Shown one piece after another: positions 19,301 to 27,562 of a DNA stretch of 40,713 nt. The position numbers and the translations under genes were made by a program. The number at the start of each line of letters is the position of its first letter. Position 1 is the stretch's first letter. The stretch spans positions 1-40,713 of the IMG/VR virus record IMGVR_UViG_3300042924_003438; one strand, 5' to 3'. The notes beneath the pieces were generated by a model. That model was not told where the DNA came from. It saw nothing but the letters and a program-made list of their open reading frames with translations, and searched no databases. The stretch is from a virus (Duplodnaviria; Caudoviricetes).

Positions 19301-19833
19301 AGTGTTATCGTTTGAAACGAAGTTACATAACCCTTACTTTCTTTTGGTGCATCTTCCGTGACTTTTTTTACAACGACCCTTCTTTTCCTTCTTTTAATAA
19401 CTTTTGGTTCTACCAATCCGTATGCCTCAACCCCTTTGTTAACAAAGTTTATTTCTAAAAGGTATCCAAAACATACGATTGTTCCCACAAAAAAGAACAT
19501 GGTTATAAATTCGCTTCCAGAATACTTTTCCATTAACCCGAAGAAAACTTCGATTAAGGCTATTACCGTTGCGCCTAAGGCTATTTTAGGCGGGAAAGGG
19601 CTTCTACCTTTGGTAGGGTTAAGAAAGTCCATGAAAACGACTGCAAATCGTCCAAGTTGTAAAATGGTGGAAGCGGTGATTGCAACCCAAAAGTTAATTG
19701 GCAAAAAGATGGCGGTCAAATAAGCATTAACCCCGTAGGTAAGGACGATTGTCAAAAGCATGATTGTTGGAATGTTGTCGCTAATGCTTTCAAAAGTCCA
19801 TTTGAATTGAGTGTTTGTGAAATTCTTTTCCAT
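19297..19833 (-). CDS. Membrane protein (about 4 TM) with basic tail
   Basis: Four hydrophobic segments; KRRKRR tail. Confidence 0.7.
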   Translation of the reverse strand: MEKNFTNTQFKWTFESISDNIPTIMLLTIVLTYGVNAYLTAIFLPINFWVAITASTILQLGRFAVVFMDFLNPTKGRSPFPPKIALGATVIALIEVFFGLMEKYSGSEFITMFFFVGTIVCFGYLLEINFVNKGVEAYGLVEPKVIKRRKRRVVVKKVTEDAPKESKGYVTSFQTITL

Positions 19834-19854
19834 TTGTTTGTTTGTTAAGTGGTG

Positions 19855-19885
19855 AAAAAAGTAGGGCAGCTGGGGGACTGCCCTG
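19855..19885 (-). terminator. Intrinsic terminator-like hairpin
   Basis: agggcag/ctgccct stem next to an A-run. Confidence 0.55.
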
Positions 19886-19893
19886 TAAGTTGA

Positions 19894-20079
19894 TTATTTT
19901 ACTTTTGTTGTTAATTTAAAGTGGAAAAAACTATCTACTACTTTACTGTTATTTGCCGTACAGGATAGAAGTAAAGAAGGTGTTCCGTTTTTATAAGTTT
20001 CTTGTTCGATATTTTGAACAGTAAACTTAATCCCTTGTCTTTTAAAAGTGTCTCCGATTTTTAATTCTAAAGCTGTCAT
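19894..20079 (-). CDS. Small hypothetical protein (MTALELKIGD...)
   Basis: ATG 20079 preceded by the repeated early leader. Confidence 0.6.
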   Translation of the reverse strand: MTALELKIGDTFKRQGIKFTVQNIEQETYKNGTPSLLLSCTANNSKVVDSFFHFKLTTKVK

Positions 20080-20185
20080 TTTGTTGTTTTTTAAGTGGTG
20101 AAATATCGTTTTGTTTGTTTCGATATGTAAATATATAAATAAATATTTAAACAAAAAAATATTTACACAAATAAATAAAAAAAAG
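20080..20185 (-). promoter_or_regulatory. Repeated early promoter/leader cassette A
   Basis: TATATTTAC (rc of 20127-20135) plus TCACCACTTAAAAAACAACAAAATG leader; similar to 21493-21590 and 24590-24690. Confidence 0.65.
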
Positions 20186-21031
20186 TTAAAAAACATTGTA
20201 TTCTTTTTTCAACGGAAAATTATCCTTTTTGATTTGCCAGTATTCAGCCATTAATGAGGCACGGAACTTGTAATCCCTATCAGTATGATAACCTGATTTG
20301 TACACGCATTTACAAATACTTTCGTATAACTTAATCCCTTTGATTTTGTAATTTGCCTTTTTACAGGCGGCGTATCTTCCAGAGTTAAGAACACCAGCCC
20401 AAAGGTTCATACCTTCTTCCGTGCTGGATGCTTTCATAAACTTTGCCTTAATGTATTTATCTCTTCCTTTTATTACCTCCCGTGTTTTGTAGGTTACAGA
20501 TTGTTTTCCTTTCAAAGCCTTAACCCCTCCAGCGTTGGCGTGTTTGCGCCAAAGTTCAGTTTCAATTCCTTGACTGGTTGCCTCAATAATGAAAAAGGAA
20601 TAAATCATTGACACGGGAAAATCTGTTAAAACGTGTACGTTCATTAACATTGATTCATAACAATAAGCAAGGTATATGCGGCGAAGCTTTGCCCTGTCAA
20701 CCTTTGCAAGGTTTCGAAAACCTCTACCTTCCAGCGTTTGCCTAAGTTGTAATCCTGATAACTTGCGCACCTCGTAACCGTAGGAGCGTGACCCGTAGGC
20801 GGTTTCGTCAATCTCTTTGTCCTCAGCCTTCGCGGGGAAAGTCAGGGTCGTTATTTTGTGGACATACACCGTGTCCCGTTGAATAATAGGAACAAAGGAA
20901 GTATAATTGTAATTTGTGTTTATTGGGGAATAAATCAACCCGATAATAAAGGCAATGCCAACCCCTGCAGCAATCTGGAAGGGAAGGCGTTTGTTTTGCG
21001 GAACGTATGTTTCAATAATTGGCTCTTTCAT
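20186..21031 (-). CDS. Membrane-anchored peptidoglycan hydrolase, GH73/FlgJ-like glucosaminidase
   Basis: FIIEA (catalytic Glu), NAGGVK, TREV, GYHTDRDY (GYATDPxY-like); N-terminal TM IAAGVGIAFIIGLIY. Confidence 0.7.
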   Translation of the reverse strand: MKEPIIETYVPQNKRLPFQIAAGVGIAFIIGLIYSPINTNYNYTSFVPIIQRDTVYVHKITTLTFPAKAEDKEIDETAYGSRSYGYEVRKLSGLQLRQTLEGRGFRNLAKVDRAKLRRIYLAYCYESMLMNVHVLTDFPVSMIYSFFIIEATSQGIETELWRKHANAGGVKALKGKQSVTYKTREVIKGRDKYIKAKFMKASSTEEGMNLWAGVLNSGRYAACKKANYKIKGIKLYESICKCVYKSGYHTDRDYKFRASLMAEYWQIKKDNFPLKKEYNVF

Positions 21032-21055
21032 TTTGGTTTGTTATAAATTTATTAA

Positions 21056-21226
21056 TTATCTAATCCAAGCTTGTTTACCACAAGATGAAATAATATAAGT
21101 TCTTCCAATTAATCCAAATTTTTCATGCAAATTTTGAGCAAGAATAATTCCGTGCTGGAATGAATAAACAGGTTTTACCCACTCAAAATTTTTATGCTGA
21201 ATTGTTATTATAATTTGCTCTTTCAT
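21056..21226 (-). CDS. Small hypothetical protein, 56 aa (not in ORF track)
   Basis: MKEQIIITIQHKNFEWVKPVYSFQHG...QAWIR; start overlaps the upstream stop. Confidence 0.55.
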   Translation of the reverse strand: MKEQIIITIQHKNFEWVKPVYSFQHGIILAQNLHEKFGLIGRTYIISSCGKQAWIR

Positions 21227-21492
21227 TATACGGTTATTAATGGTTCAGCGTAAAAGTGTCCGCCATCGTACTCAATCGTTTCGTCATTGGCATCTGCAAT
21301 AACATTGCCGTCGCAGTCTCGGATAAGTCCACCCCATGAAAACTCATCCTCAGGGAAATAATTTTCATTAAGCATCTTTTCGTAAACCTTTTCAACTGCG
21401 TGGCGCTTTGAGTAAGCCTCAACTTCTTCGCATAAATCTTGATATCTTTTGGCATTGCCAAAGTACATAACTGAATAAATTTGCTTTTCCAT
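21226..21492 (-). CDS. Acidic hypothetical protein
   Basis: 88 aa directly behind promoter cassette B. Confidence 0.65.
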   Translation of the reverse strand: MEKQIYSVMYFGNAKRYQDLCEEVEAYSKRHAVEKVYEKMLNENYFPEDEFSWGGLIRDCDGNVIADANDETIEYDGGHFYAEPLITV

Positions 21493-21590
21493 TTTGGTTG
21501 TTTTTAAAAAGTGATAAAATCTAAATTCCTTTAGGTTCGTAAATTTAATTTAAATTATTTACATAAAAAAATATTTACAACATTATTTAT
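21493..21590 (-). promoter_or_regulatory. Repeated early promoter/leader cassette B
   Basis: TAAATTTAC (rc of 21539-21547); shares taaaaaaatatttacaacattattt with cassette C. Confidence 0.65.
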
Positions 21591-21622
21591 AAAAAAAATC
21601 CCGTACCAATAAGATACGGGAC
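21591..21622 (-). terminator. Intrinsic terminator
   Basis: tcccgta/tacggga stem followed on the - strand by U8. Confidence 0.7.
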
Positions 21623-21627
21623 AAAAT

Positions 21628-21762
21628 TCAACCAAATGATGCAATACTTATTTCTTTATCTTCAACCTCTATACCCAGTTCTTTAAACTTTTTTATCGCA
21701 TCTTCAACATTTTCTGCGTCGGTAATAATTCTCCCGCTTTTCCACTTAATTTCGTATTTCAT
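21628..21762 (-). CDS. Small hypothetical protein, 44 aa (not in ORF track)
   Basis: MKYEIKWKSGRIITDAENVEDAIKKFKELG...; ATGA overlap with the upstream gene. Confidence 0.6.
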   Translation of the reverse strand: MKYEIKWKSGRIITDAENVEDAIKKFKELGIEVEDKEISIASFG

Positions 21763-21890
21763 TCGTACCATTTTTTTACAAGGTCAACAATGAAGTAAAT
21801 GGCAAAAGCCAAAGTTAGGATGCCTCCAGCGGCTACAAAGATTGTTGCGGCGTCCCTGATTAATTTTTCTCTTTCTCGTTCTGTAAGCAT
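21759..21890 (-). CDS. Small single-TM protein, 43 aa (not in ORF track)
   Basis: MLTEREREKLIRDAATIFVAAGGILTLAFAIYFIVDLVKKWYE. Confidence 0.6.
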   Translation of the reverse strand: MLTEREREKLIRDAATIFVAAGGILTLAFAIYFIVDLVKKWYE

Positions 21891-22132
21891 TTTTTTTCTT
21901 TTTGTTTTTGACGGTACGCCTTCGCGTATGCCTTAATTTTATCAATGTTTTTTAAATAATGCTCGCGGTTAGCCTCTTTTCGTTTTGCCTTTTCCTCAGG
22001 CGTCTTATCGTGGTATTTTTGTTTCTTTTGTTCCAGGTTTTTAATTCTTCGTTTTTCCTTTTGGTAGCGGGAAAGGTTCTTGTAATAATTTCTCATGTAT
22101 TCGTTTCGCTTTGCTCTTTGTTCGTCGGTCAT
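21860..22132 (-). CDS. Lys/Arg/Tyr-rich helical protein
   Basis: Highly basic, 90 aa. Confidence 0.6.
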   Translation of the reverse strand: MTDEQRAKRNEYMRNYYKNLSRYQKEKRRIKNLEQKKQKYHDKTPEEKAKRKEANREHYLKNIDKIKAYAKAYRQKQKEKKCLQNEKEKN

Positions 22133-22138
22133 GGCTGG

Positions 22139-22744
22139 TTAATTAAATGAGTGTAAAAAACTTGTATACGTTTCGCTTATCTCTTTGCACGTTTGTTCAA
22201 TCAGGACAATGGCTTTCAAAAGTTCTTCCATTTCAAAAGTGTGGTTCAATTCATGGCTTTCGCCCGTGAAAGATAAGCCGTCTTTTGTTCTTTTTGTCCC
22301 TAACCAGTTGATTTGACTTTCTGGTATTGATTCACCGTTGACAAACATTGCCAGCGCGTACACCTTCATTTGAAGGCTATCTTTTAACGTGTCCATTGTC
22401 CACGGTTTTCCTGAGGTTTTAAAGTCAATAACCCTGTTATTTTCAACGTCCCAAACGTCAATAAAACCTTTGACTTGAATGTCATTAATCGATAGACTAA
22501 TTTCCTTTTCAGCCTCGCAACCTTTGAAGCTTTGTATCTTGTCAATGTAAAAATCGGGGAAGGTTTCCATAATGATTCCATTTTTAATATACGCCTCGGT
22601 ATCCTCGGCAAACTGTTTTCCAAAGTTCATGTAAATGGAAGGTTCTTCGGGAAGGTTTAAAAAATATCGGTTAATGTACTTTTGTCGGTCGGAGTACCAA
22701 AGATTAATTTGGCTGACTGATATATATGGTTTTGGTAAAAGCAT
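22139..22744 (-). CDS. PD-(D/E)XK exonuclease (RecB/Cas4-like fold)
   Basis: ISVSQI, GFID, IDFKT, LQMKVY motifs. Confidence 0.8.
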   Translation of the reverse strand: MLLPKPYISVSQINLWYSDRQKYINRYFLNLPEEPSIYMNFGKQFAEDTEAYIKNGIIMETFPDFYIDKIQSFKGCEAEKEISLSINDIQVKGFIDVWDVENNRVIDFKTSGKPWTMDTLKDSLQMKVYALAMFVNGESIPESQINWLGTKRTKDGLSFTGESHELNHTFEMEELLKAIVLIEQTCKEISETYTSFLHSFN

Positions 22745-22811
22745 CTAAGTTTTTTTGTATTGGTAAATCCCCTGTCATATTTCAGACAGGGGCAAACTAA
22801 CCAATATGAGA

Positions 22812-23270
22812 TTAAAAGAATTTTCCGATTTGAATAAATATCGTGGCGGCTGCTGGTTGCGCTTGCGCTGGTTCAAGTCCTGAGGCTTGCAACTGGTGAA
22901 ATATGTCGGCGTAAATACCCGTCATAAAGGTTGCCTTTTCGCTTATTTCTTCAGCGGTCAATTTACCGTTCGTTTTAGGGGTTACATTTGCCGCTTGCTG
23001 CACGTTATTTCCTTCCGTGGTTGTTTGTACCTTTTCGGGTAAATCATTCGCCGTAACCATGTCAAAAGCAACCTTGTAACTTTTACCGTCGTGGATAATG
23101 GTCACGATGTCATCTTTTTGTAATGCCTTTAATTTTTCATCATCTGGTTTCCCGTACACGCGAATGTCCGTTCCGTTTTCCAATGTAATGGCGGCGTTGA
23201 TGGAAAGTCCGTATTGACCTTCGAAAACTTTGCCCGCCGTGTATTTAACCCTGCCTTTTAGAATATTCAT
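22812..23270 (-). CDS. Hypothetical protein, possibly OB-fold ssDNA-binding/recombination
   Basis: Beta-rich N-terminus (EGQYG), linker, helical C-terminus; adjacent to the exonuclease. Confidence 0.45.
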   Translation of the reverse strand: MNILKGRVKYTAGKVFEGQYGLSINAAITLENGTDIRVYGKPDDEKLKALQKDDIVTIIHDGKSYKVAFDMVTANDLPEKVQTTTEGNNVQQAANVTPKTNGKLTAEEISEKATFMTGIYADIFHQLQASGLEPAQAQPAAATIFIQIGKFF

Positions 23271-23502
23271 GACCCATGTTTATTTGAAAGTTTTGAGAAT
23301 CGTACCATAAACTTTTTTTATGGTCACTTATTTTTTTCCAGTCGATTTCCTCGTTATAATGTATAGCATTTCCAGATACAAAGTATTTTTCAAGTTCACC
23401 AACCCCGCGCTGCCTCCACCATTTTTTAAGGTGAAGGGGTTCAACAATATGGGAAGGGCAAACGGTCGTAGTTACGTTTATTACAAATTCTTGGATATTC
23501 AT
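23245..23502 (-). CDS. Hypothetical protein
   Basis: Packed ORF in the early operon. Confidence 0.55.
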   Translation of the reverse strand: MNIQEFVINVTTTVCPSHIVEPLHLKKWWRQRGVGELEKYFVSGNAIHYNEEIDWKKISDHKKSLWYDSQNFQINMGHEYSKRQG

Positions 23503-23837
23503 GATTTTGTAGGTATTTTTTCCATTTCATTAATAATTTTGCTACATTCTTCAACTAATCCATCGCTAAGTTTTGTTGTCCATGACTTCTTTTTTCCCAT
23601 TGAATGGGCTAAAAATTTGTTGCTCATGTCAACAATTTCGTCTTTGTAAAATTGGTAAGGATTAATTTTATAAAGGTTGTATATACTCGATATATATCTA
23701 AGTGAAAACATATACATATCAAGTGCTATGCGCCAAGAATCTTCTTCTCTTTCCTTTAATAAATCAATTTCTTCTCTAAGGGAATTAGAATAATCTTTGT
23801 AAAGATTGCCATCAATTTTAATTGGTAAATTGTTCAT
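23499..23837 (-). CDS. Hypothetical protein
   Basis: ORF with A-rich leader. Confidence 0.6.
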   Translation of the reverse strand: MNNLPIKIDGNLYKDYSNSLREEIDLLKEREEDSWRIALDMYMFSLRYISSIYNLYKINPYQFYKDEIVDMSNKFLAHSMGKKKSWTTKLSDGLVEECSKIINEMEKIPTKS

Positions 23838-23861
23838 AATTGGTTGTTTTAAAGTTGTTAA

Positions 23862-24122
23862 TTAATTCTTTATGATTACCCAGTCCATTTCGTTCTCATC
23901 CACCAGAGGTATAAGATTATTGGTATTAATAACTGGATATAAGGATAAGTCAATGTCATGCGGCTCAAATGTCCAGCCGTGGATTTCAATATTATCGTCC
24001 TCGTGATGAGGTTTATTTCCTCCGTATAACCCGAAGCCGCTGGAAAAAATAACGTGGACAAAGTGACCCAGCTTTTTATCAAGGCAACATTTGACCGTAT
24101 ATTTTGTAATACTCATATCCAA
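23862..24122 (-). CDS. Hypothetical protein
   Basis: Packed ORF. Confidence 0.55.
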   Translation of the reverse strand: MDMSITKYTVKCCLDKKLGHFVHVIFSSGFGLYGGNKPHHEDDNIEIHGWTFEPHDIDLSLYPVINTNNLIPLVDENEMDWVIIKN

Positions 24123-24325
24123 AAGGTTTTGTCGATTAAAAATTTTGCTTCTTTCCTCATGTGCTTTTTCTTTGCCTCAAGGTATGTGGAAGCAACAACG
24201 ATTAAGCCGTTTGGGGCTTCAATGATTCTGGATTCAAACCTATAACAGGATTTATCTTTCAATATATCCTTTACCGTGTTGGCATCCTTCCAGTTTTTGT
24301 ACTTGCCTACTTCAATGGTTTTCAT
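24113..24325 (-). CDS. Hypothetical protein
   Basis: ORF with AAACAACCAATCATG leader. Confidence 0.55.
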   Translation of the reverse strand: MKTIEVGKYKNWKDANTVKDILKDKSCYRFESRIIEAPNGLIVVASTYLEAKKKHMRKEAKFLIDKTFWI

Positions 24326-24379
24326 GATTGGTTGTTTAAAAATGCAGTTGGCTCGGATGCTGCACCCCGTTAAGGTTAA

Positions 24380-24589
24380 TTATAATGATAATGCTAAAAT
24401 ATACATAACCATTTTTCTAAATTCTTTTTTCGTTACGGTTGGATGTTCAGTAGCTACGCTTACAGGCCAATTATCTTGCATTCTGGATGAATAAACTATA
24501 AAATTCATATATGTTTGACCTTCCAGTTTAGCTTTAATTTTTTCGGCTTGAATTTCGCATCCAATGTTTCCTAATTTAATCTCAATCAT
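24380..24589 (-). CDS. Hypothetical protein
   Basis: First ORF after cassette C. Confidence 0.6.
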   Translation of the reverse strand: MIEIKLGNIGCEIQAEKIKAKLEGQTYMNFIVYSSRMQDNWPVSVATEHPTVTKKEFRKMVMYILALSL

Positions 24590-24690
24590 TTTGTTTGTTT
24601 TTAAGTGGTGATTTAACGTTTGTTTGTTTTGATATGTAAATTTATAAATAAATATTTATATAAAAAAATATTTACAACATTATTTTTAAA
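24590..24690 (-). promoter_or_regulatory. Repeated early promoter/leader cassette C
   Basis: TAAATTTAC (rc of 24636-24644); TCACCACTTAAAAACAAACAAAATG leader. Confidence 0.65.
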
Positions 24691-24718
24691 AAAAAGTGGG
24701 AAATAAAATACTTCCCAC
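24688..24718 (-). terminator. Intrinsic terminator after the replication genes
   Basis: gtgggaa/ttcccac stem followed on the - strand by U8. Confidence 0.65.
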
Positions 24719-24742
24719 CATAAAAACCAGATTGCATGAAAA

Positions 24743-25477
24743 TTATATCCTGTTCAAAACCATTCTCCAGACCGCCAACTTTTGCGCTATGATGATTGCC
24801 CGCTTTTTTCCTTCTTCTTCCACCCGATGCAACTGAGTTTTAAAATCAATGTAACTGTCAGCTTGTATCTTTTGTTTCTTTGCAATGTCCTGAGCCTCTT
24901 CCCAAATGGCTCGTTTTTGCCCTTCGGCGTAACCGATTAACCCAGCCTCCATTGCGGCGTCGTACCAATACACGGGAACGTCTTCGTATGATTCACCCTT
25001 AAAGCCGCTTAACATTTCGGGAAATTCTTCGTAAAACTTGCGCTTTGCCTCGACCTGTCTTTGTTCTTCTTCCATCTTTGCACGTTTCTTTTCGTCTTCC
25101 ATATCTACGGTAAAATAAACCTTTTGCCGCCAGTTGATATAAGCCGTTAAAATCCTTCCAATAGCAGCTAAGTCAACTTTGCCGTAAAGTTTATGGTCAT
25201 CAATATTCAATTCTTGCCGCGCAAACTTTTCAAAGGCAAGTTTAATTTCATCTACGGCAATTAATTTGTAAGTAGTTATAAACTTTGTAACCTCAAGCAA
25301 ATGCTCTGGACTTGCCTCAATGCCGTAAAGGGGAAGGATTTGTTTTACGACTTGGTTAATTTTGGGTAAAGATTCCACAATACCCGTTTTAAAAAGTCTT
25401 TTTTCTCGATTGTCGATAACAAGTTGAATATCCTGTATCTTTTCCTCGATTGTCATTGCAATGGCTGGTAAATTCAT
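24743..25477 (-). CDS. Putative replication accessory protein (helicase-loader position)
   Basis: Directly downstream of the initiator; helical; function inferred from position only. Confidence 0.45.
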   Translation of the reverse strand: MNLPAIAMTIEEKIQDIQLVIDNREKRLFKTGIVESLPKINQVVKQILPLYGIEASPEHLLEVTKFITTYKLIAVDEIKLAFEKFARQELNIDDHKLYGKVDLAAIGRILTAYINWRQKVYFTVDMEDEKKRAKMEEEQRQVEAKRKFYEEFPEMLSGFKGESYEDVPVYWYDAAMEAGLIGYAEGQKRAIWEEAQDIAKKQKIQADSYIDFKTQLHRVEEEGKKRAIIIAQKLAVWRMVLNRI

Positions 25478-25489
25478 ATAAGTTGGTTT

Positions 25490-26518
25490 TTATTGTGTTT
25501 GATATTTCTTCATAGCCTCAGCCAAAAGCCTGTCAACTTCATCGTCATACGCCTTTTTCTTTGCAGCTGGTGAAGACGTTTGGTAAGCCGTGTATATCTT
25601 TCCCGCCTGTCCGTATAAAATGGCTGGAGTAAAATTTGCTTTTAACCATTTGTCATTTAATGACCAAGCGGCTTGTAAAAATACTTTTAATGCCTCATTC
25701 GTATCGTTATTCCTGTCAACTTTTTCAATCCACCGTAACAAATATACCATACCTCCAGCATCTTTTGGGCTCATGATATAATGACCCTTTTGGTCAGTTG
25801 GGTATGCAGCGCCTGATAACTGTTCGAATGTTTGGCAAAACACGGTAAAGGCTTCGTAGGTCGGATTCGGCTTCCGCTCGGCTTTCGGCTCGGCGTCGGC
25901 TTTTCTTTCTTTTTGCGGCGCAACAATTTTTCTTTCTTTTTCTAAATGTGTAATTAAAGTAAAGGGATTAACCTTTTGACTTTTGTCAATTTCATTTTCA
26001 TCAATTACAATTTTTTCAAATGAAGTAAAATCTGAAAGATTTTTAATATCAACTGAGTTAGTAAATGTATTTAGTACTTGGTTAGCAACTGGTATAGGTT
26101 CGCCCTTTCGTGAAATTCCATTTGACTGTTTGGTATTTTCCATTTGCCCGTTTGGTAAAATGGTATTTACCTTTTGGTAATCTCCAATTTCCTCAAGATG
26201 GAAATTATCTGATAGATATAAATCTTCATTCAGAAACGCATACCAAATAGTTCTATCGTAAGCAATTTTATTATAATTGCCTTTTATTAAAATTTCCTTA
26301 CCTACCAATGATTCAATTATCCTTCTAACTTGTTTTTCAGTCCAAAATGGATAATATTCAGTTAGTGACTTATTTGTGTTGTAAGTCCAATACCTTAAAT
26401 CATGATAATTTGTTTTATTTGCTTTATTAAGCCTTATCCAGAATTGAAATGATTTAACCATTATAGCTTCATCAACTCCGTATCTTTTTGCGAATTCAAT
26501 GTTAAAAGAAAAATCCAT
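25490..26518 (-). CDS. Replication initiator / replisome organizer
   Basis: N-terminal winged helix (AKRYGVDEAI...YWTYNT...PFWTEKQVRRIIESL...DRTIWY); internal iteron-like repeats. Confidence 0.75.
   Translation of the reverse strand: MDFSFNIEFAKRYGVDEAIMVKSFQFWIRLNKANKTNYHDLRYWTYNTNKSLTEYYPFWTEKQVRRIIESLVGKEILIKGNYNKIAYDRTIWYAFLNEDLYLSDNFHLEEIGDYQKVNTILPNGQMENTKQSNGISRKGEPIPVANQVLNTFTNSVDIKNLSDFTSFEKIVIDENEIDKSQKVNPFTLITHLEKERKIVAPQKERKADAEPKAERKPNPTYEAFTVFCQTFEQLSGAAYPTDQKGHYIMSPKDAGGMVYLLRWIEKVDRNNDTNEALKVFLQAAWSLNDKWLKANFTPAILYGQAGKIYTAYQTSSPAAKKKAYDDEVDRLLAEAMKKYQTQ
26094..26180. repeat. Iteron-like repeats with 22-bp period (putative replication origin)
   Basis: ttccatttgactgtttggta (26116-26135), ttccatttgcccgtttggta (26138-26157), ggtatttaccttttggta (26162-26179), plus a degenerate copy ending at 26113. 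Confidence 0.65.
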
Positions 26519-26519
26519 T

Positions 26520-27005
26520 TTAGTCTATTTTATTAAGGTGAGCAAATTCCCCGTGGTATTTCAAGGCGGCGGCGTTGTAGGCACGGGCGGCGTCGATAAC
26601 ATCAATGTAGTAGCCAACATGATAACATTTTGAATTAAGCCAAATTTTCGCACGCCATTTCTCATATTTATTACACCAACCGACACCTTTATAACCACTT
26701 GTATTATTTATGTTTTTAGGTCTATTATGTAAATTTTGAGTATGTGTACATATTCTAAGATTAACTTTACGATTATCAAGTGTGCATTGGTTTATATGGT
26801 CGACAACATAACCTTTAGTTGCATTCATTATTTGCCTGTGCATAGAAATACATGATGTTTTGCCTTTTATAGAATAATCAGACCTTGTGGCATAATATAC
26901 ATCTTTTTTATTAATACGTACACACCACTTCCATTGGTTCAAATACTCGTAGTCATCATCGTCAACGATTGCAACTTTTCCCTGCGTTAAAATAATTTCT
27001 TTCAT
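26520..27005 (-). CDS. HNH endonuclease with AP2 DNA-binding domain
   Basis: MHRQIM, VDHIN..TLDNRKVNLRICT...N, NTSGYKGV, AARAYNAAALKYHGEFA. Confidence 0.92.
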   Translation of the reverse strand: MKEIILTQGKVAIVDDDDYEYLNQWKWCVRINKKDVYYATRSDYSIKGKTSCISMHRQIMNATKGYVVDHINQCTLDNRKVNLRICTHTQNLHNRPKNINNTSGYKGVGWCNKYEKWRAKIWLNSKCYHVGYYIDVIDAARAYNAAALKYHGEFAHLNKID

Positions 27006-27010
27006 AAGTT

Positions 27011-27111
27011 ATAAAATAAAAAAAACCCACAAAGGCACTACTCTTTATGGGTTTAATGAGGTAAATGATTTCCTCAAATACCTTTTGCGGGGTAGTGCTT
27101 CCTGCAAAAGG
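27011..27111 (-). promoter_or_regulatory. Structured leader: hairpin plus intrinsic terminator with complementary loops
   Basis: Stems at 27081-27111 and 27023-27054; loops AAGCACUAC and AGUAGUGC; U-tract follows the second stem. Confidence 0.7.
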
Positions 27112-27142
27112 ATATGTAAAATTACAAAATATTATTTACATT

Positions 27143-27562
27143 TTACTCATTCTCATTAAATTTTATCATTAAGGGCAAATCGTTAATTAAAGCAAATGCA
27201 ATAATTTCTCCCTCTGGTGGCGCATACTGATAATCCTTAGTTTCATCACAATATCTAAATTGATAAATAGGCTCTGGAATATTATCTCTTTCCGTATAAA
27301 TACCTTTTGAATACTGTAAAACATTTTCATCTTCCGCTTCATGCTTTATTAATAACATTAAATCAACCATATCATTACAAACCTTAACTTGTTCAGATTT
27401 TGACAGATAAACAGCGTCAGCAACTGTTGTAGTTTTTGCATCATACCAAATAATCTCATGACGAAAAACTTTGTGTTTATCTACAATTTTAAGTTCTTCT
27501 CCATATTTTCCTTGATGAATTAATATTTCATCGTTCCAAATTTCGTTTTTGTTAACTTTCAT
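27143..27562 (-). CDS. Hypothetical protein
   Basis: 139 aa, first ORF of the leftward arm. Confidence 0.65.
   Translation of the reverse strand: MKVNKNEIWNDEILIHQGKYGEELKIVDKHKVFRHEIIWYDAKTTTVADAVYLSKSEQVKVCNDMVDLMLLIKHEAEDENVLQYSKGIYTERDNIPEPIYQFRYCDETKDYQYAPPEGEIIAFALINDLPLMIKFNENE

Noticed and set aside
19894-20196. 100-aa version of the ORF with a hydrophobic N-terminus
   Set aside because: The extension is a translation of the AT-rich promoter cassette; ATG 20079 has the conserved leader
22139-22744. Cas4 / CRISPR-Cas system
   Set aside because: No four-Cys Fe-S motif, no other cas genes and no repeat-spacer array; an ordinary phage PD-(D/E)XK nuclease
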